From Podarcis filfolensis (taxonomy: Eukaryota): a DNA stretch of 64,000 nt. Numbering within the stretch: the stretch's first letter is position 1; each line of letters opens with the position of its first letter. The notes under the pieces are model-generated. The model saw only the letters and a program-made list of their open reading frames with translations, ran no database searches and had not been told where the DNA came from. Positions 24,391 to 36,902 of this stretch are shown here, one piece after another. The stretch is from assembly GCA_964270895.1 (NCBI GenBank), contig OZ185440.1. One strand, 5' to 3'. Position numbers and translations under genes: made by a program.

Positions 24391-25370
24391 GTTACTCTGA
24401 ATTACAGGTATATGTATATATACACATGCCTGGGGACATGGAGGGGGCTGTAACCAATGAAGTCACAGGGAAATGAAATGCAGAATAATGCAGTGATAAA
24501 TGAAACGAGACTGATAAAGTGCTAAATGACAAAGTAATCTGTGGCTCTGCAATCGTTCTTTCAGCAACAGCCATTCATGATATTGTGGCTTCATTCCTCT
24601 AGTTTAAGAACACGACGACTGAGTTGAGTGCCAAGCTGGAGCTCACAACCTGGCACAGGTTTCAGAAAGAACTGGCAGAGAACTTTGTGAGGGCAGCAGA
24701 TCTTATGTAGAGGGCAGCTGCAGTTGCACCACAAAATAAAACCAGTTGCTTGGAGAGTTTGCTCTGTTAGCCAAAGTGCTCTTGTGCACAGTCACTCTTG
24801 TACATGCAGTACCCAACCTTGTGGCACAAGGGCACCTTCTCCGCCTGCTCTGCAGCCTCTATTCTCCTGCCTGCATGTTTGCTATGTCCGCCACACAAGT
24901 GTTCAGACCAGAAGAGTAATGAATCATTTGACCAGCTCTAATGAGCCATTACAAGTAAATGAGGCTGAAAGTGAGAGACCCAGCATGGGACGGAGCAGAA
25001 GGGCTTGAGTATCTTCATTATGGGTGGACATTATTTACACATTTGCAGAAGCAATGGCATTATCCACCATTTCCCCTCCCTTATTCATTCTGGCTTGCAA
25101 CAATGGATAATCCTAAAAATTACAGGGGTGTGGAAAGTGAAGAAGCACAAAGAGTGGGGCAGATAATCTATTTTCTTCCTATGGACTGCGAGGCACCAGG
25201 CAAGAGAGGCATGGAGAAGGGGAAGGAGATTCTGAGTTGTTTTATACATCTGATTTTATTAGCTTAAGCTTTGCAGAGCAAAGTTCCACTGTGACAAAGC
25301 TTCCCTAATGCCATCTCTGGAATGGGCCTCTTAGGCAGCACACAGTCTCTTCGCTTCTCGTGGTCCTTAC

Positions 25371-25583
25371 CGTATCCCCATCCTCCAGTGAAGCCAGCAC
25401 AAAACAACGGTAGCTCAAGTCTTCTGAAAGGGGCTTATTGTAGAAGCCTTGATAGCTCTTCTGGTCCCCCAAGACAAAGGTCTCTGGCAGATCATCCATT
25501 TGGGCAGCAATATAAGGCTTGAGCCGCTCTGCCTGACGTCGCTGGCGCCTGCTTGGGTCCCCTTGGTTCATGGCCTCAAGTAG
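25371..25583 (-). CDS. PTPRF: Exon with proprotein-convertase site (213 nt) LLEAMNQGDPSRRQRRQAERLKPY...LEDGDT
   Basis: cacccag|CTACTT ... ACG|gtaagg; phase 0-0; RRQRR basic cluster where LAR is cut into E and P subunits. Confidence 0.96.
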
Positions 25584-27388
25584 CTGGGTGGCAAAAGGAA
25601 GCTAGCGTGAGAGAGAGCAATGCTATTTACCAAGGTGACTACATTTCCATGAGGAAAACCTGTAAGCGAGGTGACAAAAAACACCAGGGAGGTCCAGGTA
25701 TTCATTAGTGCATTCCCAAAGGCTTTCTCTAGAACTCAATGAATGCACAGTTAATTAAGTTGCTGGGGGTAAAACTGGAACCAAGTGTTGTCCTGGGTTT
25801 ATGGTGGACGACTGTGAAAGCAGGAAGCAGGACACGATGGACCCCTGGTCTGACCCAGCAGGGCTCTGCTCACATTCTTATGCATGTTTTGTTTGTATTC
25901 ATCATAACCTACACTGGGCACAGTTTTGTGAAAAATAGTGTACCATTTTTATAAAGTTTATACCCCTCAACATCTCAAGGGAAATCATTTTAAAATACGT
26001 GTTTCTCTTTGATGGTAGAGCAGCAGGAGTAGCAGAGAACAGGCCACACAGTCCACATATGCATCTTTAGATGCCCAGCAATTTGAACTTTTGGAGATAG
26101 GCAAAAATTCAGCAGGCTTTGACACAGATTTCTGCCACTCTGCAAACACACTTTGTAGCTTACACTAAAATGGACAAAATCTGTACGCAGAGCTCACCAC
26201 CCCCACCACATCCTGCTGGGCTGCAGCAAGACTTTGTATAAATCACACACAGGGCTAACATGGAATGTTCAGAGAGAGGAAAAAATGGCAAATTTCATAG
26301 TCGTCCACAAACTCAAGAAAAAAGGATATAAACACACCAAAATTCAATTACATTGCTCAGAAAAGCTCTCAGATGTTTAAAGATGTTTTTCTAATGAATA
26401 AAAATGAATGCTAGGCTCTGAACAGAAATTCTAATTTAAAATGAAGGAGGAGGCATGAAATACATTTCACACAAAAATGTGTTAGGGCAGAGATGAAGCA
26501 TTAGAGCAATGGTGGTGCCAGGAAGAAAACAGACCACACAGAACCATGCCATTATTTCAGGGAAGGAGGGTGCTGGCTTGTGACCCTAACAAAATGGCAT
26601 CCCTGCCCTCCAACCACTGCTTCTCTGCATCTTAACTAATGTGTGCAACACACAGATGTGTGTGTGCACACAGAGTCTTATCCAAGCTTCAGTTTTTACC
26701 AGTGGAAACTGATCTATCGGGGCAAATTGGGGCACTGCTCCCCTTGGTAAGCCCCCACTTGCCTGGCTTCTTATTTACATCCAGTGTAGGGGGTTGCACT
26801 GACTGCCAGTTTTCTCTTTCTTAAGTCTCAGTGTTTCCCTTGCAAAACTCAGCAGGGAGAATTAAGTGACTCTGCCTGTCACTGGCTCCGACTCCAAGTA
26901 CAGTTTGGGCTCCCTGCCTTCTGCCTTACCCATCCAAATGGGGACCTCTGTTTCCTACATCTTGTTTTGCATATAAATTATACAACAGAACCTGAGGGCA
27001 GAAGGAGGCGTGGTGTGATCCATACATGCAACAAGTCCATGGGCAATCACACTTCAGTGACCTCTTTCACTGGACCAGTAAGCTTCACAGGCAATTTTGA
27101 GAGCTGGTTAAAGATGAATATGGATATCATGGGTATTTGAGGAACTTGATGACTTCAGGATGGCAGAAGATGGCACCTCCAAATTAAGCTATCAAATGTG
27201 GGAATTATCCCACATAGGCAAAGTTTCCGAAACCCCGGGTCCTTTGCCATTATCTCCAGTATGACAGGATGGTTAACGCTGCTCATATACTCTCCCAAAT
27301 TATTTCATATGTGTGGGCTAGTTTCTTGAACATCTGTTTCCCTTACCCCCTTCAAAACAAGTGGAAACAAGTTTTGGCCTTCTCCTAC

Positions 27389-27479
27389 CTGGTCTAGTCC
27401 CATATCATCTGGGCTCTTCAATCTGGAGCCAACTAGGTTGCTTGTGTGGTCTATCGGCACAACCACGATGTAGTACCAC
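27389..27479 (-). CDS. PTPRF: Membrane-proximal ectodomain exon (91 nt) WYYIVVVPID...DMGLDQ
   Basis: ttccccag|GTGG ... CAG|gtagga; phase 2-0. Confidence 0.95.
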
Positions 27480-27929
27480 CTGGGGAACAAGAGAGGGGAA
27501 TAAGTGAGCTCTACTTCAAACAGAGGGATGCTCTCCATGAAAGCCCTGCAACTCCCTCCTTTGAACTTCCCAGAGACACGGGCTGTAGCCTGCTGGCATG
27601 TATTAGGTTAATAAAAGTCACCAGGCCAGCTTCTAAGTGATAGTGTCCGAAGCTGGGAAAGCACAGCTCTATAATCTGGTTCCTTTTTCAGTGGTGGGAG
27701 ATCAAAAACACAAATGAGACTTCCACAAGCCTCCTATTAGGATTTACATACATTATTTAAAGTAACTGTGCAGCAGTGTGGAAAGTACATCCTGGGCCCT
27801 TTCAGATGAATGATGGGGATTATGACTCCCTATTTTTCATATAATGATAGGTGACTGAGAGGAGCAGGTTATAATATGTAAAATGGTAGCCCAGATCCAG
27901 AACCCTGATCACATCCTGCACATCACCCT

Positions 27930-28030
27930 TGCCCAACCTAGTGCCTTCCAGATGTTTTGGGCTACAGCTCTGATACCCTTGTCCATTGACCATGCCAGCT
28001 GGGAGTTGCAGTTCAAAACATCAGATCAGG
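27930..28030. mobile_element. Degenerate hAT-type MITE
   Basis: ttccagatgttttgggctacagctc...gctgggagttgcagttcaaaacatc resembles the 382-517 element. Confidence 0.5.
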
Positions 28031-28288
28031 TAAGGCTGCTGCACAGAGTGCTCTCATATTTTTAGTAACCTCTTGCTATTGGGAACCATTTTTAACATGT
28101 TGTAGGTGGATTTACACCATTATCATGATCTATGAAATCCAATACAGTTCCCTATAATACCACCCTTATTACCTGTGCAAAACCACGAAAACTCTGCAGG
28201 GACTCAGGAGACCCTTCCCCAACTATACAACACCATATTTTCCTATAATAGCATCATAAATAAAAAAATAAATAAAGTAGAAACGTAC

Positions 28289-28542
28289 CTGACTGGCACA
28301 GAGGTCTGCACTTTGGGAAGAGTCAGAGTGAACTGCCCATTATGGATGTATTTGTATGTGGAAATGGGCTTGCTCTGGATGACATCAGGTGCTGTCCGGA
28401 TAAAGACTCGGTGCTGCAAGGCTCCTGCGCTACTTCCCCGGTTTGTGAGTGCAAAGGAATAATTTGTGTCTGGCTGCAGGTTATTAATCAGCTTCCTCAT
28501 GGAGTGGCCATCCACCTCCACAGTCTGGCCATTGTACAGAAT
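28289..28542 (-). CDS. PTPRF: FN8 second part (254 nt) ILYNGQTVEVDG...QTSVPVR
   Basis: gcttacag|ATTCTG ... TCAG|gtacgt; phase 0-2. Confidence 0.96.
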
Positions 28543-30641
28543 CTGTAAGCAGAGGGAAACAGTTGATTCAGCCCAAACTGATAGGAAAAGGGTTGGATGA
28601 AGTTCTTTCCAAAACTCCTCTTCCTCGTTTGGGTCTTTTTTTTCTTTGTGTAAGGTACCAAACAAGCTGACCTGTTGATAAGCGTGACTATACCAAATCT
28701 GAGAGAACATGAACCACCATGTAGAAATAAGAGTTGGTGCTGCCTTCTCCCAGCTCTGTTGGTCTGCACATGTGGGTAGGAAGAAAGATAAGGTCCCTAG
28801 CTCCCATGACTATTGCAACTTTTTCTGTCGTCCATTCGGGAGTAAGGAGAGTGGTGGTACAGTTTTCTAGGGTAGAGATGGCTGCTTGGCTCTTCCTCAC
28901 TTGCTGGTCCTTCTGGAGTTAGGCAACAATGGTGTAAGTTACTGTGTCGAGAAGCTAAAGTAGTCTGCAAGATGAATCTGTTACTAAAAATCTGTCAAGG
29001 TACAATATTAGGAGGTGGAAGCCGGGGCTACTAGTCTGAAAACATTCTGCCTATGCCCTCATGAAAATGTCTCATGATCAGTTCTCATTCCCCAACACAG
29101 CATTCATTTAAAATCCATTTCTAGCATCAAACACAGGCAGGGAAGCAGCTCTCTTAGATCAGGGACAGTGTCAGGTTCTGATTGCAGCAGGAATCTCACC
29201 ATAACATCACTTCTCACTCACTTCACAGGACCAGTCATCTCTTTGCAGGGAGTTTTATCTCCTGGACCAGATGAAGCAACGACTCTTCTCTGAGGAGAAC
29301 TGAAAGCCCTGTTGTTGATTTTTTAGTGAAGGAATTTCAGAGGTCTCAGTTCATTCCCAATAAAAAATACCATGATATTTAGCCTGCGCCTCAGTGTTCA
29401 CAAATCATAACAATATCTGCCTTAATTAAATCTGTTAAAGAGAAAGAGGACACCCTTTGGGATGTAGATTTAGTGCGAGACTGTTTATCAAGTGTAGATA
29501 ATGCTAATTGTTCCCATGGAGACTTATCAGCGGTGCTCGTTAGATTATTAGGCTTTGGCCTGGCATCCTGTACACTTGAATTAAGCAGCTTAGCACAGGT
29601 GGGTGGGGGATTGTCCTGTTTGCAAAGTTGCTGCTGTTCCTGGTCCAGCTGCTCCTGGGCCAGCTACTCTGTTGGCACTTGTGCATGGCCTGGACATCTA
29701 ATACTGTCTACAGGAAGAAGAAAGCTCATTTACACCCGTTGCGTTTGCATGGCTGCTCCTCAGCTAGTGAGCCGCTAACACCATCTGCTCCTGTGCCTCA
29801 TCATGGCAAACCCATGGCAGCAACTGCTGTCAACTCTCTGCTTACGTCAGCAAAATCTGGCAACGACGTTTTGAAGCCCACACTATGCAACCGTTTTGAT
29901 GATGGTTCCAAGGCAGCTCTGACCATACAGCATTAGGAATGAGTCCAAAGAACTAGCCTTTTATGAACAAATTCCCTGCATAGAATTCTCCTGCTGTCAC
30001 GAGTGCTTACTTATCTCTGTCATGTTGCTAGCGACCACAGGCAGAGCAGCACACTATGGTGCCCTGTTGGGTTCTAGAGGTATCTCTATCCTGCCCTAAG
30101 TGTAATTCTGCCTGTGTTCTGAACAAAAATGCTTCATGATCAGCAGTAGGATCAAACCATTTTGCCTGGAATGCAGGGGGTTTGGGCTCCTAATTGTAGT
30201 CTGTTCTGAGCAGAAGATTGTGCCAGTGCCCAGAATGAATTCCTCACTCCACCGTGCAGGACTCATGGGAAACCAATTCCCATACAGCTAGAGTAACATT
30301 TAAAGGGCATATATGAGTCTCCAAAATCGGCAAGGGAATCAAGAGGTTTTGTTTGGAAATGTACCAGTTTTTAACTAATTTCTAAAGACTTATTTACCAT
30401 GCTTGGTGATCTAGACTAAAGGAAACAAGTGTCAGGACTCTAGGGTACCCAGGACAAGGGGGTGTCCACACTTCTTACATCCTGGTCCCCCTGGTGTTTC
30501 TCCGGATTTGGTTGCTCAGCTTACATAACTGGGTTGATGAAAGCAAGACTCTTGGTCTGAAGGTCCCTGAGACAGACTTTCTAATTTCTTCCTTACTGCA
30601 CATTAATCGGGTCCCCATACATGACAGACATATTCCCTTAC

Positions 30642-30739
30642 CTTGAAAGGAACTGCAGATTTGTAAGAGTCTGGAACTTCCCAGCTAAGTAGCACTGATG
30701 TTTTCATCACAGCACTGACACGAAAGTTCTTTGCAAACA
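30642..30739 (-). CDS. PTPRF: FN8 first part (98 nt) [33 protein letters not shown]
   Basis: aattgcag|TGTTT ... AAG|gtaagg; phase 1-0. Confidence 0.96.
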
Positions 30740-31360
30740 CTGCAATTAGAAAGAATCCTTTTGAGTGGCCCCCGTGAGGCAACACTGGAGAACTAACCCT
30801 TTCCCTCCCACTCTTCTCAGTAGCAGCAAATTTTGGTGTTTTCCTGTAGATTCAATAAGCCTTCTCGCACCTTAGGACACTTAAGCTTTTTGGCCAAACT
30901 GTGCTGCCACCTTCCCCGCTTTGTCATAGACTGTGTACAAACTATATATTTAAAGCACGTTCAAAGTATATTCTTTCTCTGGGCCCTGTAGTTTGTTATG
31001 GGTTGCTAGGATTTTTAACACTGCAAGAGGTAAACTACAGTGCCCTGAGTTCTTTGAGGAAAATAATGTGTTCCGATTGTACTGTAAAGGTATAGTGTGT
31101 ACACAGCAATCTTCAAAAGGTAGCAGTTATAAGGCACTGTTTCTTCACAGAAGCTGCCTGTTCAGTTTGCACCAAAGCAACAATTCTTATCTGGAAACAG
31201 AAAATGGGGTATGTGTTTGGAAAAAAAATGCAGTCATGCAAACTCCATGCCCGCCCCCATCCAAAAAATTATAAGCTCAGGAAGGTAATACTGACCAGGT
31301 CATCTCTGACCTGTTTTCTGCCATAGAGGTTCATTAACTGATCACAGGGGAGGCGCTTAC

Positions 31361-31939
31361 CTTGTTCCATTGGCATCGTCCTAGACTGAATGCTGGGGCT
31401 GAGAGGACCAGCTCCCTTGTTAGTGTGGGCTCTAACTTTGATGTCATAGGTTGTGTCAGGTTTGAGGTTGGTCAGAGTGATGCTCGTTTCCCTCGTAACA
31501 TTGGTCAGGTTCTGCTGGCTGTTAATGTCTCTGTACACAACTGTGTAGTTGGTCATTTTCCCATTCCTCTCCGCCAGAAGTGGAGGCTCCCAAGTCACTT
31601 TAGTGGTGGAGGTGGTCAGCCCCACCACATGCAGGTTCTGGGGGAAACCACTTGGCGCCTCCTCTGCGGTAGTGATTTCTTTTTCAAACTCCTCCCCAAG
31701 ACCAACCCTATTCTTGGCAGCCAGCTTGAAGATGTAGGTGGCACCCTTGTAAAGGTCAGTCACGGTGAAGTGATCCACGTTCTTCTCAAAGTTCATAATC
31801 CTCATCTTCTCCTCCTCAGCATGTTTGAACTGCAGCTGGTAGCCCAGCAGCTCCCCAACCATCTCTTTAGGTGGGTGCCAATTGATCAGAGCTGTATTCA
31901 TGGCTGTGGTGCTGATCATCATGGTAGGCTTGCCTGGGA
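31361..31939 (-). CDS. PTPRF: FN6-FN7 exon (579 nt) VPGKPTMMIST...SRTMPMEQ
   Basis: cccacag|TCCCA ... CAAG|gtaagc; phase 1-1. Confidence 0.97.
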
Positions 31940-33897
31940 CTGTGGGACAAAAACAGGGTGAGATGCCATGAGTGGGAGGGAGACAGAGTTCTGGCCTTTT
32001 CACTGCTGGAGTTACTCACTCAGGAAATTTATCTACCTGCTAAGGAATATTAGCTAGCACAGCACTCCCTATCAATTTGGCGTCAGATTACAGATGAAAG
32101 ATCAATATGTTTGAATGCTTCCCCACATTAAAATTAGCTGCACACAAAAAAGCAGCATATCTGGGAGAAGACTTTTCCTTTGCATGCTTTCCACAGGCAG
32201 GGAGTTTACAGGGGCAATGTCCAAAAAGGCAAACCACCTGCAATTTGAAGTGGCTCAGTCCAGAAACAACTGCACTGTATTTCTGAACATATCAGTGTTT
32301 ACTCTTCCAGGTCCTCCAAATTCCACAATTAAACAACAGCAACAAAACAAAATCCAAATTTTATAATGGAAAAAACTACATGGCTATATTTCACAAATAT
32401 CCTTAACCTATATGTTTGTCTGTAAAATGTGCCTAACTTGATCATAAGATCTTATTCCTTTTGGGGAGGCGAGTTGAGAACCCTATGGTGGATGCTATAG
32501 GATCTTAAAGGAATGGGGATGAATAAGATTATCACAAATGCCACACTTTGTGCAAGCTTCTGAAGGAATTTTGTCAGCTGCTATATTTTGTGAAAACCTT
32601 TGTGCCTGTAGTTTGCAAACACTGATAATGCAGGATGTCAGTAGGTGATGGACTGAAATTCAGATGGAACCAAACCCTGGGGCAAATTATTTAAACAGCT
32701 AATCCCTAACTTCTATAGCGTAAATTATTCCAAATGCAACTATTTCCAAAATTGCAATGAAAAATAACACTGTGATGGATACTGTCTTCAAAACTTCCTT
32801 GTATCTGACTCTTAAATCTCATCATACTTCCGCAACTACTCCTTGAATCTTGCCATTTGCAGAAGCAAGCCTAGAGAAAGTAGATTTGGGACAGTATGAC
32901 AAAGGTAATGCCATAAGATAAGAAATCAGGGCTTTAATATAAGATGTTGCAGAGAAGCCCAGACTCAAAACTGGAATCTCCGCTAGTTTGATGCAGGCAA
33001 TTTTCATAGCAATCTTTATAATTTCACCACCTGTGCGAGCTGTTGAGAGCATAGCATGCTGTTTGCAATCAAAATGTGCTGTGTTTGAGCTGATGAACTG
33101 GTTCCTGCTAGGAATGTTGATGTGATGGCTGAGCAGCAACAGGATTCCAAATCTCATATATGTAGCACAAATTAAGGGCTGCTCCCTTCAAAGCTTAACA
33201 CCTGCTGTATAAAATGGATGGTTTCATATCTCCGTTCCACCCACAACAGAGACACATCCTTCCCCCAAATCAGGGGAGATTGACGTGTAAATCCATCAAC
33301 AACAAAACTATTCAGTATCAGCACAGTGCCAAGATAACCATTATCCTGTGCCAGACTGTGGCACTCAGAGCAAATTCACAATAGCATAGTGGTATTCTGG
33401 ATTTGGGGTGAGTTGATTTGACTAAGCTGTGATGAAGCTGCCATGTGAATGTCATGGTATTTTGCCAATTCAAGGCAGAGGCATTTCCCAGCAACTATTA
33501 GCCATGGTAACTATGAGCAGAAGCGGTACAGTTCCAAACGTCAGATACTTGGGATGAACAGGAGATGGTCATTGTTCTCCTGCTCTGCTTATGGTTCCCT
33601 AGAGACATCTGACTGACTGCTGTTAACACGGCATGCCAGAATGCCTGCAAATTATCTCCATTGTAGTAAAATTGTAATGTGTGAAGCGGTTCTTAAAGAG
33701 AGGAAGTTTCCATTCTTCTACTTGCTTCTCCATCACCTGCAGTTCAGTCTGCAAAACAAGGGGTTCGAGGGTACAGGTGCTTTTTTCACCTTCCTAACAC
33801 TTCTTAAGATTAAAATTTCTGTCATCTTTGAATTTGGAGCTCAAAATATTAGAGTAGATTTGCCCATCAAAGATGTGTTGTAGTACTATTGGCTCAC

Positions 33898-34015
33898 CTG
33901 CTCCACTTGTAGTAACCACCTTGTCCCTGCTGCGGGCCCCATCCCCTTTGGTGGTGTAGGCTGCAATGCTGATAGAATAGGTTGTTTCGGGTAAAAGGCC
34001 TCCTATGAGGGTTTC
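33898..34015 (-). CDS. PTPRF: FN5 second part (118 nt) [39 protein letters not shown]
   Basis: cccacag|GAAACC ... GCAG|gtgagc; phase 0-1; translated by hand. Confidence 0.96.
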
Positions 34016-34782
34016 CTGTGGGAAACAGACATTTTTAGCTCGTTATCAAATTAAGGAAGGCAGGAATATAAGAGCATTTCTTTACTTTGGATATTTGACC
34101 CATTTGGTTCCAAAACACACAAGAAGGAAAACTGACCCTGAAGTTATATTAACTTTTTAATGAGATTACTTTGGATACAGGGCCTCCATCTCTCGCATCA
34201 CTGATGACAAGTGAAAGTTGCATTGAGAAAACATGTTCCTAGGTTGGTTGATGCAATCCAGTGGCCTCTGTGAAGTAAGCCAGGGTATGTTTTGTCATAG
34301 GCTACTTTTGTTGTGTTTCCTGTGCACCTCCCTTTGCCAGAAAGCACCTATTTTCACTAAATCACGTGAACAAATCCACACATTTTTTCCTATTTCCAAC
34401 ATGGGATGAAAGGGTTGGTTTGTCTGGAGCAGTTTGTCAAACTCAACACTTGCAACTGCCAATGCAATTGCAGCAGTCGTTAGTTGCAGCCGAATTTCTA
34501 GACAAATTGCCCAGCATATAATTCTGGATAGCCAAGGAAGTTCACTGCAAGAAACAGGGACCCAACAAAATACAGCAAACTGAAGTGGGAAGGGAAGAAC
34601 AACTTTCCCACAACTTCTACCACAAGTGAACTTGTTACTGGTAAAAGGACAACCAAGGGCTACTGAGTAGTTTCACCATTTCCATCCTGGCAAGACTGCC
34701 AGAAAGGGAAGATCAAGCTGGTGCTAACTGGAAGTAAATGTCTGTTAACAATTAATCTCTTTTTGTTCTGGTACTGACAGAC

Positions 34783-34810
34783 TAATAATAATAATAATAA
34801 TAATAATAAT
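34783..34810. repeat. (TAA)n microsatellite
   Basis: Read directly from the sequence. Confidence 0.9.
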
Positions 34811-36875
34811 ACCCCATCCATCTCTAAACGGCCTACAGCATATATAAAAAGCAAACATTTAAAACTTCCCTCCACTTGCCTTCCCTTGTTGTCTTGTCTT
34901 TTAGTCTCTGAGCCTGGCAAGGTTCTGTGTCTTATTTTCACTTATGAACAGCACCTTCCAGCAGCATCATATATTGAATTTTAATTGTCATGAGATGCTT
35001 ATCGGAGACAAAGTGCTTCCTCATATCAACAGGCCACAAACAAGCACATTTTTTTGCTATACCTGGCAGGGCAAACTGCTACGCAGTCATGTAATAAGGG
35101 CATGAAACAGTCTTCTCTGTTCATAGTGCTGCCATTTACCCCACAGATACATGGGCAAAAGATGAAAAGGACTGGTTGTAAACCTATTGTAACAAGAAAG
35201 TAGCAGCCCTTCCATCACAGTTAAAGTGTTAACTTCAGTACATATAACAGAACAGAAGCAGACCACTCACTTGTCTCTTCCAGCAGAAGGCCCTGGGATG
35301 AGCAACAATATAGCATCTGCCACTTGCCATAACATGCTCAGCAACCACAGTATTCAAGAGTCTTGCTTCTTAAAAATAAACTACCCATGCTACACACATC
35401 AGGAAAAATGTAAGGCGAGAGAGCAAGCATAAAATTCTACACAAAACAAAGGCCACAGGATCTATAGGCCACAGGATCTGTTACCTTCTCAATGGTATTG
35501 TCCCCAGCTGTGCAGGCTAGAGACACCAGCAGGGGCAAGTAGCAGTAGGACCTTGAACTATCTCACTGGATCATTTGACGGGGTTGGCTTTGTAACCATA
35601 AGCTTACTCCAGCTCTCTCAAACCTTCTACAATCTATTGGCAAATATGGACCCTTGTGGAGGATTCAACAGAGAAAGACCTGCTCAAAGACAACCTCTAG
35701 CAGTTTGCTAGTAGAATTTCAACCATTAACCCTATGCATGAAGGAATGACTGTTAATGCACAAAAATAAAAATGTGATATAACCAGGAATAAATCTGTAT
35801 TGTGATGGATAGATAGAGCACAATCTCTTCCTAGAACCTTGGTTTGTCAGGGTGCTTTGTTTTTGGCTGTCATGTAATTGTTAATTACTTGAATAAAACA
35901 AACAAACAAACAAATGTGAATAGGCTTTTTCTCACTGGCAGCCCAGGTAAGTTACAGGATTCAGCCACCTAACCCAGATTATTCCTTCATTTCTTTCATT
36001 TGCAAACCCAAATTAGCAAACAGAAATCAGAATGACACCAAAATCAGAGTTCAAGTAAGATTTCCTTTTCCCCCTGGAGTTGTATGAGAGAGCAAAATCA
36101 ATCAATGGCAATAAATTGATATAGAGGGAGATACTCAAACACACAACACAAAGGCTACGAAAAGATGTAGTCATCACCACAGTCCACACAGGAGAGTAAT
36201 TCTCACACAGGGAAGAGCATGCCACTAGAACAAAGCAAGTTAGGGGGAGAGAGGGAAGAAAGAAGGTGGAATGAGAGATACCATACATAGGGCTGTCGCT
36301 GCAAACCCCTTCTAAGCAAACTCCTTCTGCTAAGAGACGAGGGAAGCCACAGCAGGGTATGTAACTTAATCTCTCTTTATCCAAAGGTAATTTTCAAGCT
36401 TGTTCCTCCAAATTTATATCTCAAAATTACTTGGAAAAATTGAATTTAACTGTTTGAATGTGATTGTGTTCTTATTACAGCTTCTGTTTCAACCAAAGGT
36501 CACAGCTGAGAGAACAGGGTTATTTTTCATGACTGGGATCAATGAGGTTTAAAGATTACAGATCTGACTCTGCCATGTAACGAGCTGGACCAAAGACTGT
36601 AGAAAGTGGGCTGCTCCCCCCGCATCTGCCTGAAATTGCATTGCAACAAGCTGGAAATACAGATTATGAAAAATGTCAATTGCTTTTCTGCATTTAGCAG
36701 CAATCTAAATGCCAATTTGCTCAGGATTTGTGGCTGGTGGAAGCTCCACAGAGCAACTCCCTAGAACCATCTGAGGATTGACAGGGGTGTTTTGACAGCA
36801 CTATGCACACAGATTTCACAAAATGATCCTCAGACCCATCTGATCCAAGCAAACACTCTAACAAATGGTACTTAC

Positions 36876-36902
36876 GTGGTCAATAGCGTCCTTAAACCTT
36901 AA
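36876..36902 (-). CDS. PTPRF: Micro-exon meC/LASE-c equivalent (27 nt) LRFKDAIDH
   Basis: ctctttcctccttcctgtccccccatcag|TTAAGGTTTAAGGACGCTATTGACCAC|gtaagt; phase 0-0; same size and intron as the 9-residue FN5 insert of LAR-family PTPs. Confidence 0.85.

Noticed and set aside
26191-26220. 15-nt cassette ending GTG|gtgagc
   Set aside because: No real polypyrimidine tract and several competing AGs.
28797-29709. Two acceptors (29707, 28964) each opening ~55-codon phase-0 frames as alternative terminal exons
   Set aside because: AG-free zones are only 12-15 nt, and open frames of this length arise by chance at several percent per site.
31362-31961. 199-aa plus-strand ORF
   Set aside because: Lies exactly antisense to the FN6-7 exon, a codon-bias shadow.
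35271-35368. 98-nt cassette ending CAA|gtgagt in the FN5 intron
   Set aside because: Weak acceptor, early stop and no supporting motifs.
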